Assembly (NCBI GenBank): GCA_965644295.1
Contig: CBFFRP010000028.1
Coordinates: 198,998 to 262,997, forward strand
Direction of reading: 5' to 3'
Length of the DNA: 64,000 nt
Source: Paraphysomonas bandaiensis
Lineage: Eukaryota > Protista > Chrysophyceae
Shown here: in pieces, positions 37,672-51,301 of the stretch
Numbering within the stretch: position 1 is the stretch's first letter
How the letters are laid out: every line of letters begins with the position of its first letter
Program-made: the position numbers and the translations under genes
The notes under the pieces: generated by a model
The model's input: only the letters and a program-made list of their open reading frames with translations
Databases searched by the model: none
What the model was told of the DNA's origin: nothing

Positions 37672-40600
37672 TTAGTCCTCTGTACTCGTAAAATCATGCT
37701 CGAGAGGAAGTGCGAGACCGGTACCAGCCATTTCATGGCGCTTAGTATTCACTGCAATACCTTTTACCGGCCTCTCGAACTCTCGAGCAAACTTATCACC
37801 ACAAGGCGCCTTCGGCTTAGTAGAACTCGGGTGAGGAGAACGTACACTGATTTCAAACTCTTCGTCGCCTTCCACAGAGCCCCAAGAAAACAGGCGCCGC
37901 AGTCGGGACATACGCCTTTTAGATCTCTCATCCATCTCCTTTTCAGAACCAGAAGTTGCACTAAGCTTTTCACTCTTACGTTCATCTTCCTGCTTAACAT
38001 CAGCAGTGGAAGTACTACATTCCACGCTTACACTTTCCAGGGGATAATCTGATTCACTTTCAGCACTTCCCTGGTTTGAATCGGAGTCATCTGACAAGGA
38101 GAGCATGCGAGATAAGGCAAATAAATTTTTCTTTCCAGTCTTTTCAGATGACTTCCTGGAATATGACTCCGTCGATGCGGTTCTTTTGAAAGAAAATCGA
38201 CGCACTTTACTCGCGTCACCGCCAATGTCGACCGCCTGCTCGAACGCACCCCGATATGTGGAAGCCGAATCGGATTTACCCACAGACTCTAAGTTACTGG
38301 TTTGTTCGAATAGCTTACCCACAGACTTTCGAGTTGGCACAACTACATCAATGTTAGATGTGCTAGCGCGGGTATCATCAGTAACACTGGTCCGAGGGTC
38401 CGTATCCATGTTAAAAAGAGACCATATGAATGGATCGACGCTTTTCTTCGGCTCCGGAAGAGATGCATCTTCTTTCTCATCGTCGTCACCTAAGAGCACA
38501 CCACCCCCAGAAGAAATCATACTACCCGGCTCAGCAGAATCATTTGAAATATAAGATGCTCGACGGGCACTATTATTTGGTGATGTGTTACTATTCGGCA
38601 AATCATTAATTTTGACTGCTGGACGAGGTGAAGATCGCTTTTTACCACCTCCAGACGAACCAGGTCGTTTAGTGAAGGGACTCTCGGCTAGAGGAACCGG
38701 AGTAAACATATCGTCAGTCGATGTCACACGTCGGTGGTTTGAAAAATGTCTACACTGATACAGCACCAAGAGGGCTGGAACAATTGCAAACCAGGGGTAG
38801 TATGTAATCACTGTAATAAATATGATAATTAAAACAAAGAAAACACGCTGAAGAACGTGGATAATCACACGCTGAATGGCAACATCCATGGTTCCAATAA
38901 ACTTCATAATTGACACCACCGAAAATATGGACAGCATTCGGCCAAATGAAAAGCAGCAGGAATACCACATGGGCTGTCGTTCCTGACTGAACTGGGATTC
39001 CCGCTTGATCGTTTCAGCTATTTTCCCGCCAAAATATGTCTTAAATTTCAAGACGAGATTACACTCAAAAAGTCTGGGAAAGGCCTCTGCGACTCTTGTA
39101 GACACAAAGAGGTATTGTGGGACATCCAGCACGACATTATTAGTATCACTATTGTCAAGGGCAAAGTCCAAAGATCGGTACAAGACACGCACTGCAGCTT
39201 CTACGTCCGCTTGAACCAACCGAGGGGCTGTGGTAGCAATACATGAGCTAATAATAGCAGTCACACGATGATATACCTTGCCAATTTATCCAAAGACACT
39301 CGGTGGTTTCAAAAAACAAAACTTCTATCACCATTTCTACAGATACATTATCCACAACAAAATCAAAAATACAACACTACTTACGCAACACACAAGCAGT
39401 GATGTATCCCATTTGCCAATGAATATCTCTATCGATGGCGCGCAGTATGGAGAAGTAAATAAAAAATATATTCAAAAACGCAACCAAGACCCAACAGAGT
39501 ACTTTGGCCCAATAAGATACCACAAAACTATGTCCAAAACTAGATACGTGTAAACATTAGCTATACAGTATAAAATATACGGAGTACGTACTCTTCGTCC
39601 ATTTTGTAACTGAAGATGCGACCTTCCGGGGAATTCCGCCCGAGCAAATCAAGCAGAAATAAATGTATCACTTCAATTCCTATATGCAAACTGGTACAAA
39701 AGTATAAGTAGCTGTACGAAAGCAGCAATCAGCATTCTCTTACTCTGGTGCATACTTCAACTTCGCGATTTTCTTCAGTGCAACCTCCTCAACACGATCC
39801 ATTTCTCTTTGAATAGCTTCAGACATACTTGGCCTAGAGAAATTACAACATAGCAGCTTACGCGACTCTACATCGGGGATATTACCCGTTGAGTCAATCC
39901 TGATAATATGATGAAATACAATTGTTAAAGATATGAAAACTAACCCCCATGTATTGTCAAATGCAATACGTGCATCCCCTGTGAGAGCAAAATGTTGTTC
40001 AGCAAGTTTATCGAGGAAATCGTTGCAGGAGACGGACATAGCACGCTTCAATTTAGTTGCAAAATCATTTTCTTCTGATGCAAAGAAATGTTGTGGCTCT
40101 GCAGGATTATTGCTGGTTGATGGGTCCCGAGAACTGTGTGAGAAGTTCAAAGCGACCATAGCCACACTGTGAGAGTTGACAACATCCTTGGGCACCTTGC
40201 GAGACTCCTGTAGAAATATGGACTTTCTAACAGACTCCATTCGAGACTTTCGCTTAAACTGAGCATTCAATTTCGAAACACCACGGATCAGTGCATTTGT
40301 AAATCGTCTCCCCATCTGTGGAGTCTCGTGCATTACCTTTATCTCATCTGCCACTGGTGCCGCGATGATATTACTGTACAATATTATCATTTCACGTATA
40401 AGGGTTCATATGCGGTACTTACTCGAATATGTAGTCAACCATGTAATTTACAGGTGCAGCACAGAGTGACAAAAAAACCACGACGATGAACATCAACTAT
40501 GTACACAATTAATCAGAATATATATTTTATACACTTAGCCCCACCCGAAATGTGATATTAACTTCTCTGTAATCACACGCGGCGGGGGCAAAGTCATCGT

Positions 40601-43600
40601 CTCCATCAGCTATCCACTTGCACCGAGATATATTGGGGTCAAAAACAGATTTTTCGGCAAGACAACTGTCCTCAGTCTCGTATGTACTACATGTACCATC
40701 ATCTCTAGGGTACTCGATTTCGTAAAACAATGCCATAAAAAACATCAACATGCTCTGCACCGTGAGTAACTGAAGAAATTGTTGATATATAAGAGAGGTG
40801 TATGCAGTAGACACATACCTGAAGCCCCACCCTAAATCGAACTTCATCCGCATCGAGGCCACTGTATGTGAGAACCTTAAGATATCTGTGGTGATTACTT
40901 ATTTCGCCAAAGAAACTCTTAAAAACGGATACTGTCGGTCGAAATATGACAGGAATTATGTTATCGATATACATTGTTAAGTAGGTGTGGACAGCCATAG
41001 GGTCTTTCGGCGACCCTGGCGTGACAGAAGTAGCCGTATTACGAGCTGTACGAGACGTGCGTGATGTTCTGCTTCGCTTCTTTGACTTGTTGTTATACTC
41101 TTTTCGGCGTTGAGATATATCTGTAACTGAAAGAAATGCTATAATAGAGAGCACAGAAGCCCACAGTACGACAAACATCAGTATTACTGCAACTGATCCC
41201 TGGAGCTTTTGTAGTGTAACTTCATCCGACGTTTCGATAGTGGTCAGAAACTCATCTGCGATGTATACCGAAATAGCTGTTACTTCCAAGTACCCTGTCT
41301 TATCAGTCTCATCAGCTGTAAATGATTTCAGTCTGCGCCGCTGCAATCCAGTTCCTGAGAGTGAACATGTACAAATAACAATATCATCGGTATAATTGGA
41401 TACAAAACAGGCAGGACTGTCAAGTGTAACCCCATCTACAAGGATCGCACAAACTGGTGCGCTAGAAACGTTTGGACAAGCTGTGAAAATTGTTCTCGCT
41501 TCTCCAGTACATTCATGAGTAATTCTATCACCACTTGGGCATTCATATTCTTCAGATGATGATATCCCCCGAGTACACTCAGTTGTTAAATTTCCACTCT
41601 GAACAGTACCATTGCGAAATGTCGTTCCAGAATGGGTGGCAATTAGAAATGATACTTCATCCGATAGAAAAGACGCATCTGAAACTTGAAATTTGACAGG
41701 GTTTGTAGCATAAATAGACGAATTCTCGTATAGCACAGCTCGTGTTTCAGATACCACCACACTGGATATGTTGCCACTTGATTCCCATGACAAAAGCACA
41801 CCAGATGAAACTCTGCCATTCCATTGCTCAATAGCAGTTTGAGGAATAGAAACAGAGACTGGATCGTTTGAAGTTACAAGCTCATTGATGACACTACGCA
41901 AGCTCGATCCAATGATTTCGACCCCTACTTCACCGACAACAATATCATTCAAGACAACTTCAGCGTGTAGCTCCAGTAATTCGAATGCATAATGCAATGA
42001 AGATTTCTTAAGAGATTCATCAGCGAGAGTACTATAAAACGCAATGCATTTGTCGATTACAGGTGTCATTCTATTGACAGTGTCATAAGAAAGACCAATA
42101 TCAGATGCCGATTTCAAGAGTATTTCTGTTATATAGAGTAGCCTATCGCACCCCGCGACCGACAACTCTTCCTTTATCGACCCCAGTTCATCCGCCATCA
42201 TAACAATCTCATTTACCGTCTCTACAGTCAGGGCTTCAACAAGAGTCATATTCAAAAGGGCAGCGATCAGCCTCTCACGCGTACGGGTCCGGACAATTGA
42301 CTCGGACGCAAGAACCGAGCAATCACTCCCAGAAAAATTCGCATCACAAATACACACGGCTGAGCATTGAGAATCACCATTCAAACACGTGTCTATCAAA
42401 AAACCGGAAGAAGTCACTTCATATACGCAATGCCCGTGTGACGAGCAATTATTTGGGCACACCTTTGAGGGGCGGTAGCAAATCGAGTCATGTATATTAC
42501 ACAGCTCATAGAGGTCACATTCAGAGTCGGACGTACAGCTATTAACCTCAACGTGCGCGTTGGACAACAATTCGACGGGGTAGCATAGACTGTTGGCGTC
42601 ACCGTCATTACCGAAATAGTTCTCCACACATTTCCCACATGTATGCGGCGTGTATGAGCACTCCCGACGAAACAAGACTGAGCAGTTGGGAGCCAGAGAA
42701 CAATTCGCCGAGTTCATACTACCCACTGAAGAAGATATAGCTTGTTTCGTTCGTGACAACTCTGCCTGTTGAGATCCAAAGGAAAGAGACTTTTCAACAA
42801 ACTGATCAAAATCAGAAGCGGGAAGTACCAGAGCAGTTACCACAACATGTGAAGAAAGAGTTGATGACGCGTCCAGAGTATTGAATGCTTGAACAGTGCA
42901 TTGTACTCTATTCCCATCTCTAGACAGACCACGTGGAAGAATAGTCGAGATGTATGACCTCTCCGACCTCCCGTGCACAACCATGTGAGAGCCCACATTT
43001 GTTACGAAACCAAAGATAAATGTGATCGGCAAGTTGTCGTCGCTTTCTGTCCATTTGGAGGTAGAAAATACAAAATGGTCTGATAACTCTACCCCGATCG
43101 ATGGTGAAGTACGGAATGTACCTGCTATAGGTGGGCCAACAACTGCGACCGTAACAGATGCGAAACTGCTCCCTGAGGTCAACCGAAAGGTCAGAGATGT
43201 GTACTCCGGCAATACATCCGCCTTCAATCCCAGGTTGAAACTGTGAGTGCCACTAGGAATAATGGAAGACACTGGTGTCAGAGAAATCGTTTCAAGGTCA
43301 ATGGAACTGTCATCAACAGACCAGGAGGAAGAACCTGCCACAAAGGAGGCCACATTAGCATTAATTTTGAGCTTCTTATTTCGCGTGATGGAGAGGGTTT
43401 TCGACAGCACGGACACTTGTGCAGACTCGGCCGGTAGAACTTGCACCATTACAGTTGCATCATCGTACCGTGACGACGAGTCATAAACTCGGCAGATGAC
43501 TTCCGAAGTGGTCGAAATATAAGATGCATCTAGTGCTGACACCACCACTTTCTCTGATCCAGCAGAGAGTGAGATTCCACACGAAGTAGGGGATAGGGGA

Positions 43601-46600
43601 TCCACCATACTACACTGCCATGAAAACATAAGCCCCGCTTTAGCCCCTGTCAAGCCGGTAATATCCTCGTCATAACTGGCCGATGCATCAAGAGTAACAG
43701 AACTTCTATATCGTATGGACCTGTACGAACCTCCACTTATCACTGCGACGATATCAGATGCAACAACTCGTATCACTACACCAGTCACCGCAGAATTACC
43801 AGTTGCGGAGTCCATAACTGTGAGTTTAACCTCGTAAACAGGGCCTATTGATAACATGCTTCCGTGAATTTTATAATGGGCAGGAACCTTGGATGATGAA
43901 GCCAGATTCCTTTGAATACCATTCTCATAAATTTTCCAGTTGAAAAATATTCCACCTGATGTCTTACTGTTGGTGTCACAAGACTGTGTATACACAGTGG
44001 AAAAAAGATCGAGCGAATCTTTTCTGCGAATACTTCTCGATTTCTGACCAAGTATGCTGATCACAGGCACCGGCTCTGACGCCACAGAGAATGTGTGGAT
44101 ATGCTCAGCACTACACACTTGTAAAAAATTGCACAGACTAATCGACAACATGTAAATAGTGCCTGCATTCATTAAACTTGCCGGTAATGCACTTGGTGGG
44201 TCAACAACATAATTTTCTCTAAAAAAGTTATTTATATCTGTGGTACTTCCACTTGTGGAAGTCGCTGTAATACTCACATTTTTCCAAGTCCTGCTCGCAC
44301 TTCCTGTGGAAGCAGTCAAGTCAAGGATGAAGTCATCACAAGGTCCAATAGCTGTGGCTGCAGCTGTAGAAACCACTGGGATTAAAGGAGAATTTGGAGC
44401 AACAATGCTGACAGAATGCGTAGTGGAAGCTGGATAGGATTCACAAGAGGAGGCTCCAGAAACACATTCCGCCCGCAATACACCAGAATTTACAACGATC
44501 GAACTGCCCACATCCAACGGATAAAGGCTAGATGCAAATACCTGTACTTTCATCGGTGACAACCAAATGCAACTCGCCAACTTGCTCTGCAGAAATGTGA
44601 GCAGCTCCGAGCACTTGAACTTTGAATTGAAGAGAGCTCTATCAGTGGCTACACTAAAACTGACTATAATATATGATCCGTCATTCGAAAATACGGCAGA
44701 GTCAGCCACTGGGGCATCAGGAACATAACTTTCATCTGGCCCGATTACCGAGAACACTTGTCTGAAAGATGGATACGCAAACTCATATATAGATTGGTTG
44801 TTTCCGATTGCTATAAATGCGAGCTCATAATCACCGCTAGGTAACCCTGACGGGAGAGAAGCGTAAGCGGAGGTCACTATTGAATTGTCAGATATATCTA
44901 CGGTATTCGGAACAAACGGTAAAACCGCCTCTGAAAGGGAGGATGACAAAGACGTGTGGTTAGCTCGTAGTTGAATACGGAGAGGCTGAATATCCGCTAC
45001 TCGATCCCATCGGAGAAGCACTATATCAACAAACGATGAATTAGACGACACCACGGTTGCAGACAACTCCACTGTGATCTCGCGACAACACAGTGTCGTT
45101 ACAGATACACTATTCGATATCATATCCGCATACGACGTGACCACCGCCCCATTAGAATTCAGAGACAAGCAATACACCACATAACCAGATACGGGCAAAA
45201 GTTCTGTAAGTTCAACGAACGCGTATAGATTTCGAGAGGTAGCCCTGTTGTTGGCGTAGAGGACATCATCTGTCGTCTTCGGCCGCTCGGTTAAGGAATA
45301 GGCAGCACAGTAGACATCTCCATCTAAAGACAGTGAAATATCCGCCCTCAGAGTACTCTTCCCCGCAGTGACGTTTAAGGATATAATACGTGGCACAGCA
45401 GTTGGTGCACCCGTGGGGGTCAGGGAAGGTACCGTACTAGGACTAAAGGATGGAACAGACGTAGGCATTTCAGATGGTTGGGATGTAGGCGCAGCATTGG
45501 GATCGCCGGAAGGAATATGTGATGGACAGAAATCGAAATTAGTTGACACGGCAGAAGGGATACACGAAGGCTTCTCGGAAGGGTGAGAGGAGGGCCGAGG
45601 TGTACAGGCAGTTGGATACATAGAAGGCACAATGCTGGGTTTACCTGACGGAATAAAAGCAGGTTCACCCGACGGTACACCGGATGGCTGACTTGAAGGC
45701 CCTCCAGACGGTTGACAAGATGGAACTCTAGTCGGATGACGCGACGGCGTACCTGTAGGCACAACCGAAGGCTCACCCGATGGTATTGTGCTGGGTGAAC
45801 ATAATCTCGTTGGTTCTCTTGTCGGTTGTCCTGATGGATGTCCTGAAGGAACACAGGTCGGTGTACCACTTGGTTCTCCTGATGGTCGCCCTGAGGGAAC
45901 ATTCGTTGGAACACCACTCGGTTCCCCTGTGGGTAGTCCTGATGGTAGCTCTGAGGGAACACAGGTAGGTATACCACTTGGTTCTCCTGAGGGTTGACCT
46001 GATGGTTGTTCGGTGGGAAGACAGGTCGGAACACCACTCGGTTCCCCTGTGGGTAGTCCTGATGGTAGCTCTGAGGGAACACAGGTAGGTATACCACTTG
46101 GTTCTCCTGAGGGTTGACCTGATGGTTGTTCGGTGGGAAGACAGGTCGGCACACCACTCGGTTCCCCTGTAGATAGACCGGATGGTTGCCCTGACGGATC
46201 ACAGGTCGGTGCACCACTTGGTACTCCTGTTGGTTGTCTTGATGGTTGTCCTGAGGGAACATTCGTCGGAACACCACTCGGTTCTCCTGTTGGTTGCCCT
46301 GACGGATCACAGGTCGGTATACCACTTGGCTCTCCTGAGGGTTGACCTGATGGTTGTTCGGTTGAAAGACAGGTTGGTACACCACTCGGTTCCCCTGTAG
46401 GTAGTCCTGGTGGTTGCCCTGACGGATCACAGGTCGGTATACCACTTGGTTCTCCTGAGGGTTGACCTGATGGTTGTTCGGTTGGAAGACAGGTCGGTAC
46501 ACCACTCGGTTCCCCTGTAGGTAGTCCTGATGGTAGCTCTGAGGGAACACAGGTAGGTATACCACTTGGTTCTCCTGAGGGTTGACCTGATGGTTGTTCG

Positions 46601-49600
46601 GTGGGAAGACAGGTCGGCACACCACTCGGTTCCCCTGTAGATAGACCGGATGGTTGCCCTGACGGATCACAGGTCGGTGCACCACTTGGTACTCCTGTTG
46701 GTTGTCTTGATGGTTGTCCTGAGGGAACATTCGTCGGAACACCACTCGGTTCTCCTGTTGGTTGCCCTGACGGATCACAGGTCGGTATACCACTTGGCTC
46801 TCCTGAGGGTTGACCTGATGGTTGTTCGGTTGAAAGACAGGTTGGTACACCACTCGGTTCCCCTGTAGGTAGTCCTGATGGATGTCCTGAAGGAACACAG
46901 GTCGGTATACCACTTGGCTCTCCTGAGGGTTGACCGGATGGTTGTTCGGTTGGAAGACAGGTCGGTACACCACTCGGTTCCCCTGTAGGTAGACCTGATG
47001 GTTGCCCTGACGGACCACAGGTCGGTATACCACTTGGTTCTCCTGAGGGTTGTCCTGAGGGAACATTCGTCGGAACACCACTCGGTTCCCCTGTTGGTTG
47101 ACCTGACGGACTACAGGTCGGTATACCACTTGGTTCTCCTGAGGGTTGACCTGAAGGAACACAGGTCGGCGTACTACTCGGTTCTCCTGTGGGTTGTCCT
47201 GAGGGAACACAGGTTGGTACACCACTCGGTACTCCTGATGGTTGCCCCGACGGAATACAGGTCGGTATACCACTTGGTTGTCCTGAGGGTTGACCTGATG
47301 GTTGCCCTGACGGAACACAGGTTGGCGTACTACTTGGTTCTCCTGTGGGTTGTCCAGAGGGAACACAGGTCGGTACACCACTCGGTTCTGCTGTGGGTTG
47401 TCCTGAGGGAACTTTCGTCGAGGTCGGTACACCACTCGGTTCCCCTGTAGGTAGTCCTGATGGTTGCCCTGACGGAATACAGGTCGGTACACTACTCGGT
47501 TCTCCTGTGGGCTGTCCGGTGGGAACACATGTTGGTACACCACTCGGTTCCCCTGTAGGTAGTCCTGATGGTTGTCCTGAAGGAACACAGGTTGGTACAC
47601 CACTTGGTTCTCCTGTGGGTTGTCCTGAGGGAACACAGGTTGGTACACCACTTGGTTCTCCTGAGGGTTGACCTGATGGTTGTTCGGTGGGAAGACAGGT
47701 CGGCACACCACTCGGTTCCCCTGTAGATAGACCGGATGGTTGCCCTGACGGATCACAGGTCGGTGCACCACTTGGTACTCCTGTTGGTTGTCTTGATGGT
47801 TGTCCTGAGGGAACATTCGTCGGAACACCACTCGGTTCTCCTGTTGGTTGCCCTGACGGATCACAGGTCGGTATACCACTTGGTTCTCCTGAGGGTTGAC
47901 CTGATGGTTGTTCGGTTGGAAGACAGGTCGGTACACCACTCGGTTCCCCTGTAGGTAGTCCTGATGGTAGCTCTGAGGGAACACAGGTAGGTATACCACT
48001 TGGTTCTCCTGAGGGTTGACCTGATGGTTGTTCGGTGGGAAGACAGGTCGGCACACCACTCGGTTCCCCTGTAGATAGACCGGATGGTTGCCCTGACGGA
48101 TCACAGGTCGGTGCACCACTTGGTACTCCTGTTGGTTGTCTTGATGGTTGTCCTGAGGGAACATTCGTCGGAACACCACTCGGTTCTCCTGTTGGTTGCC
48201 CTGACGGATCACAGGTCGGTATACCACTTGGCTCTCCTGAGGGTTGACCTGATGGTTGTTCGGTTGAAAGACAGGTTGGTACACCACTCGGTTCCCCTGT
48301 AGGTAGTCCTGATGGATGTCCTGAAGGAACACAGGTCGGTATACCACTTGGCTCTCCTGAGGGTTGACCGGATGGTTGTTCGGTTGGAAGACAGGTCGGT
48401 ACACCACTCGGTTCCCCTGTAGGTAGACCTGATGGTTGCCCTGACGGACCACAGGTCGGTATACCACTTGGTTCTCCTGAGGGTTGTCCTGAGGGAACAT
48501 TCGTCGGAACACCACTCGGTTCCCCTGTTGGTTGACCTGACGGACTACAGGTCGGTATACCACTTGGTTCTCCTGAGGGTTGACCTGAAGGAACACAGGT
48601 CGGCGTACTACTCGGTTCTCCTGTGGGTTGTCCTGAGGGAACACAGGTTGGTACACCACTCGGTACTCCTGATGGTTGCCCCGACGGAATACAGGTCGGT
48701 ATACCACTTGGTTGTCCTGAGGGTTGACCTGATGGTTGCCCTGACGGAACACAGGTTGGCGTACTACTTGGTTCTCCTGTGGGTTGTCCAGAGGGAACAC
48801 AGGTCGGTACACCACTCGGTTCTGCTGTGGGTTGTCCTGCGGGAACTTTCGTCGAGGTCGGTACACCACTCGGTTCCCCTGTAGGTAGTCCTGATGGTTG
48901 CCCTGACGGAATACAGGTCGGTACACTACTCGGTTCTCCTGTGGGCTGTCCGGTGGGAACACATGTTGGTACACCACTCGGTTCCCCTGTAGGTAGTCCT
49001 GATGGTTGTCCTGAAGGAACACAGGTTGGTACACCACTTGGTTCTCCTGTGGGTTGTCCTGAGGGAACACAGGTTGGTACACCACTTGGTTCTCCTGAGG
49101 GTTGACCTGATGGTTGCCTTGACGGAACACAGGTCGGTATACCACTTGGTTCCAATGTGGGTTGTCTTGAGGGAATACAGGTCGGTATACCACTTGGTTC
49201 TCCTGTGGGCTGTCCGGAGGGAACACATGTTGGTACACCACTCGGTTCCCCTGTAGGTAGTCCTGATGGTTGCCCTGACGGAACACAGGTCGGCGTACTA
49301 CTTGGTTCTGCTGTGGGTTGTCCTGAGGGAACACTGGTCGGTACACCACTCGGTTCTACTGATGGTTGCCCTGACGGAACACAGGTCGGTACACCGCTCG
49401 GTTCTCCTGTAGGCTGTCCTGAGGGAACACAGGTTGGTACACCACTTGGTTCTCCTGTGGGTTGACCTGAGGGTACACAGGTTGGTACATCACTTGGTTC
49501 TCCTGAGGGTTGACCTGACGGTTGTCCGGAGGGAACACAGGTAGGTACACCACTCGGTTCTCCTGTGGGTTGTCCTGAGGGAACACAGGTTGGTACATCA

Positions 49601-50586
49601 CTTGGTTCTCCTGTGGGTTGTCCTGAGGGAACACAGGTCGGTACACCACTCGGTTCTCCTGAGGGCTGCCCAGAAGGAACACAGGTTGGTACACCACTCG
49701 GTTCTCCTGTGGGTTGTCCTGAGGGAACACAGGTTGGTACACCACTCGGTTCTCCTGAGGGTTGTCCAGAGGGAACACAGGTCGGTACACCACTTGGTTC
49801 CCCTGTGGGTAGTCCTGATGGTTGTCCTGACGGAACACAGGTTGGTACACCACTCGGTTCTCCTGAGGGCTGTCCAGAAGGAACACATGACGGTACACCA
49901 CTTGGTTCTCCTGAGGGTTGACCTGAGGGTTGCCTTGACGGTACACCGCTCGGTTCCCCTGTGGGTTGTCCTGACGGAACACAGGTAGGTACACCACTTG
50001 GCTCTCCTGAGGGTTGACCTGAGGGAACACAGGTTGGTACACCACTTGGTTCTCCTGTGGGTAGTCCTGATGGTTGCCCTGACGGAACACAGGTCGGTGT
50101 ACTACTTGGTTCTCCTGTCGGTTTTCCGGTTGGCTTGCTGCTTGGTGAAATACTTGGTGTCGCGGAAGGTGTTCCAGAAGGTTGTCCGCTTGGTACCACC
50201 GAGGGTTGTCCACTGGGTTCACTTGTGGGTAAAGTTGTAGGCTGTGTTGTTGGAAATGAGCTCGGGGGGCTTGTTGTAGGAGTACTGGTGGGTTGCCCAG
50301 TAGGAACCAGTGTTGGTGTAGACGACGGCTCTCCAGACGGCTCTCCAGACGGCACTGCAGTAGGATTCCCAGTCGGTTGCGTTGATGGAATACTCGTGGG
50401 ATAAGGAGATGGTAAAGGTGTAGGCGAAGGGAACCCTAAAGGTGGTAGAGTAAATAACAGCGAGTCGAAATCGTGACGTGAATGAGCCTTTATCGTCTCT
50501 TTATTTTCAGGATTTACTATAGACTGAGCTAACGACAAACTAATAAGAGAAAGAAATAAAAAAATAAGGAGCGGTTGTAACATCAT
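37672..50586 (-). CDS. Giant polycystin-1-like membrane protein (~4173 aa): signal peptide, PS/PT mucin repeats, REJ module, EGF-like/Cys-rich region, GPS-like motif, multiple TM helices, Ser-rich tail
   Basis: Signal MMLQPLLIFLFLSLISLSLA; REJ-like TLDASASYDED..FSWQC, GPPIAGTF, W..DDNLPITFIFG; EGF-like CPNNCSSHGHC..CICDANFSGSDC. Eight GT-AG introns (40770-40818, 40497-40544, 40374-40422, 39900-39944, 39691-39743, 39540-39591, 39337-39384, 39228-39276) give a 12522-nt in-frame CDS. Confidence 0.85.
45400..50440 (-). repeat. Coding tandem repeat array built from 12-nt units (PSGQ/PTGE/PSGV/PTCV) with higher-order duplications
   Basis: Identical opposite-strand ORFs recur at offsets of 1434, 468 and 348 nt (46998/48432, 46133/46601, 47687/48035). 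Confidence 0.95.
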
Positions 50587-51301
50587 ACACTATAGAGAGA
50601 ATAAATCGCAGTCTAAATCATATCGTTCGGTCTAACTAAGCGAAGTGTCATCGACAACCCCTCATATCACTACTGTCTATTATTCCATGCATCGTTTAAA
50701 ACTGCTCAGACATCCAGGGGACCATTTATTACGATATAAGTATGTACCATACACTGCATACACAGTATGTCACATACCTTTTTTACAAGTGGTTTATATA
50801 TGACAATCCTCTCATTGGCTGGAGTAAAAAATACAGGGGGAATTCCCTTTGTACATCAGTGTAATCACGTATACCGGGTATACCATGTAGGATTCCTACA
50901 CCAATTATTAACGTCATGGACAGACAGTGTAGCCCTGTCCACCATAACGCGAGTGGACTGCACAGATACCAGTATACAGTACGTAGTAGGTATTCCTACA
51001 AGATCATATGGTCCAGCAGCCAAAAACTCATAAAAAACTAAAATTTTCAGTTTTCTCGTAACCCCTCAAGATAACAAGGATATTCTCTAGTGTTGTTCTT
51101 CATAGCAAAAAAAAACATATAGGTTTTTGTGGAAAGATGTATGTATTATCTTATGTATAGGCGTATTGTACGGGCTGGGCTCATGGGAGGGTCGAAGCTT
51201 GCATATACACTTGGCACAGCATGTACCCATTTTTATGCATTGATTGTCCGGGCAATAATTATCACTTGTGTTGACATCTCTGCTGTTATATCAAGCTTGA
51301 T

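Noticed and set aside
45420-50222. 1309-aa and 288-aa overlapping ORFs (Q/V/R/N-rich) in an alternative frame of the repeat array
   Set aside because: Expected artefact: stops in that frame require V/I/L/M codons followed by a purine, but in the repeat these residues are followed by Pro or Ser codons. The ORFs end where the repeat ends.
45780-50404. Many repeated plus-strand ORFs (MGCPEGTQVG.., MVALTDH..)
   Set aside because: Antisense shadows of the coding tandem repeat.
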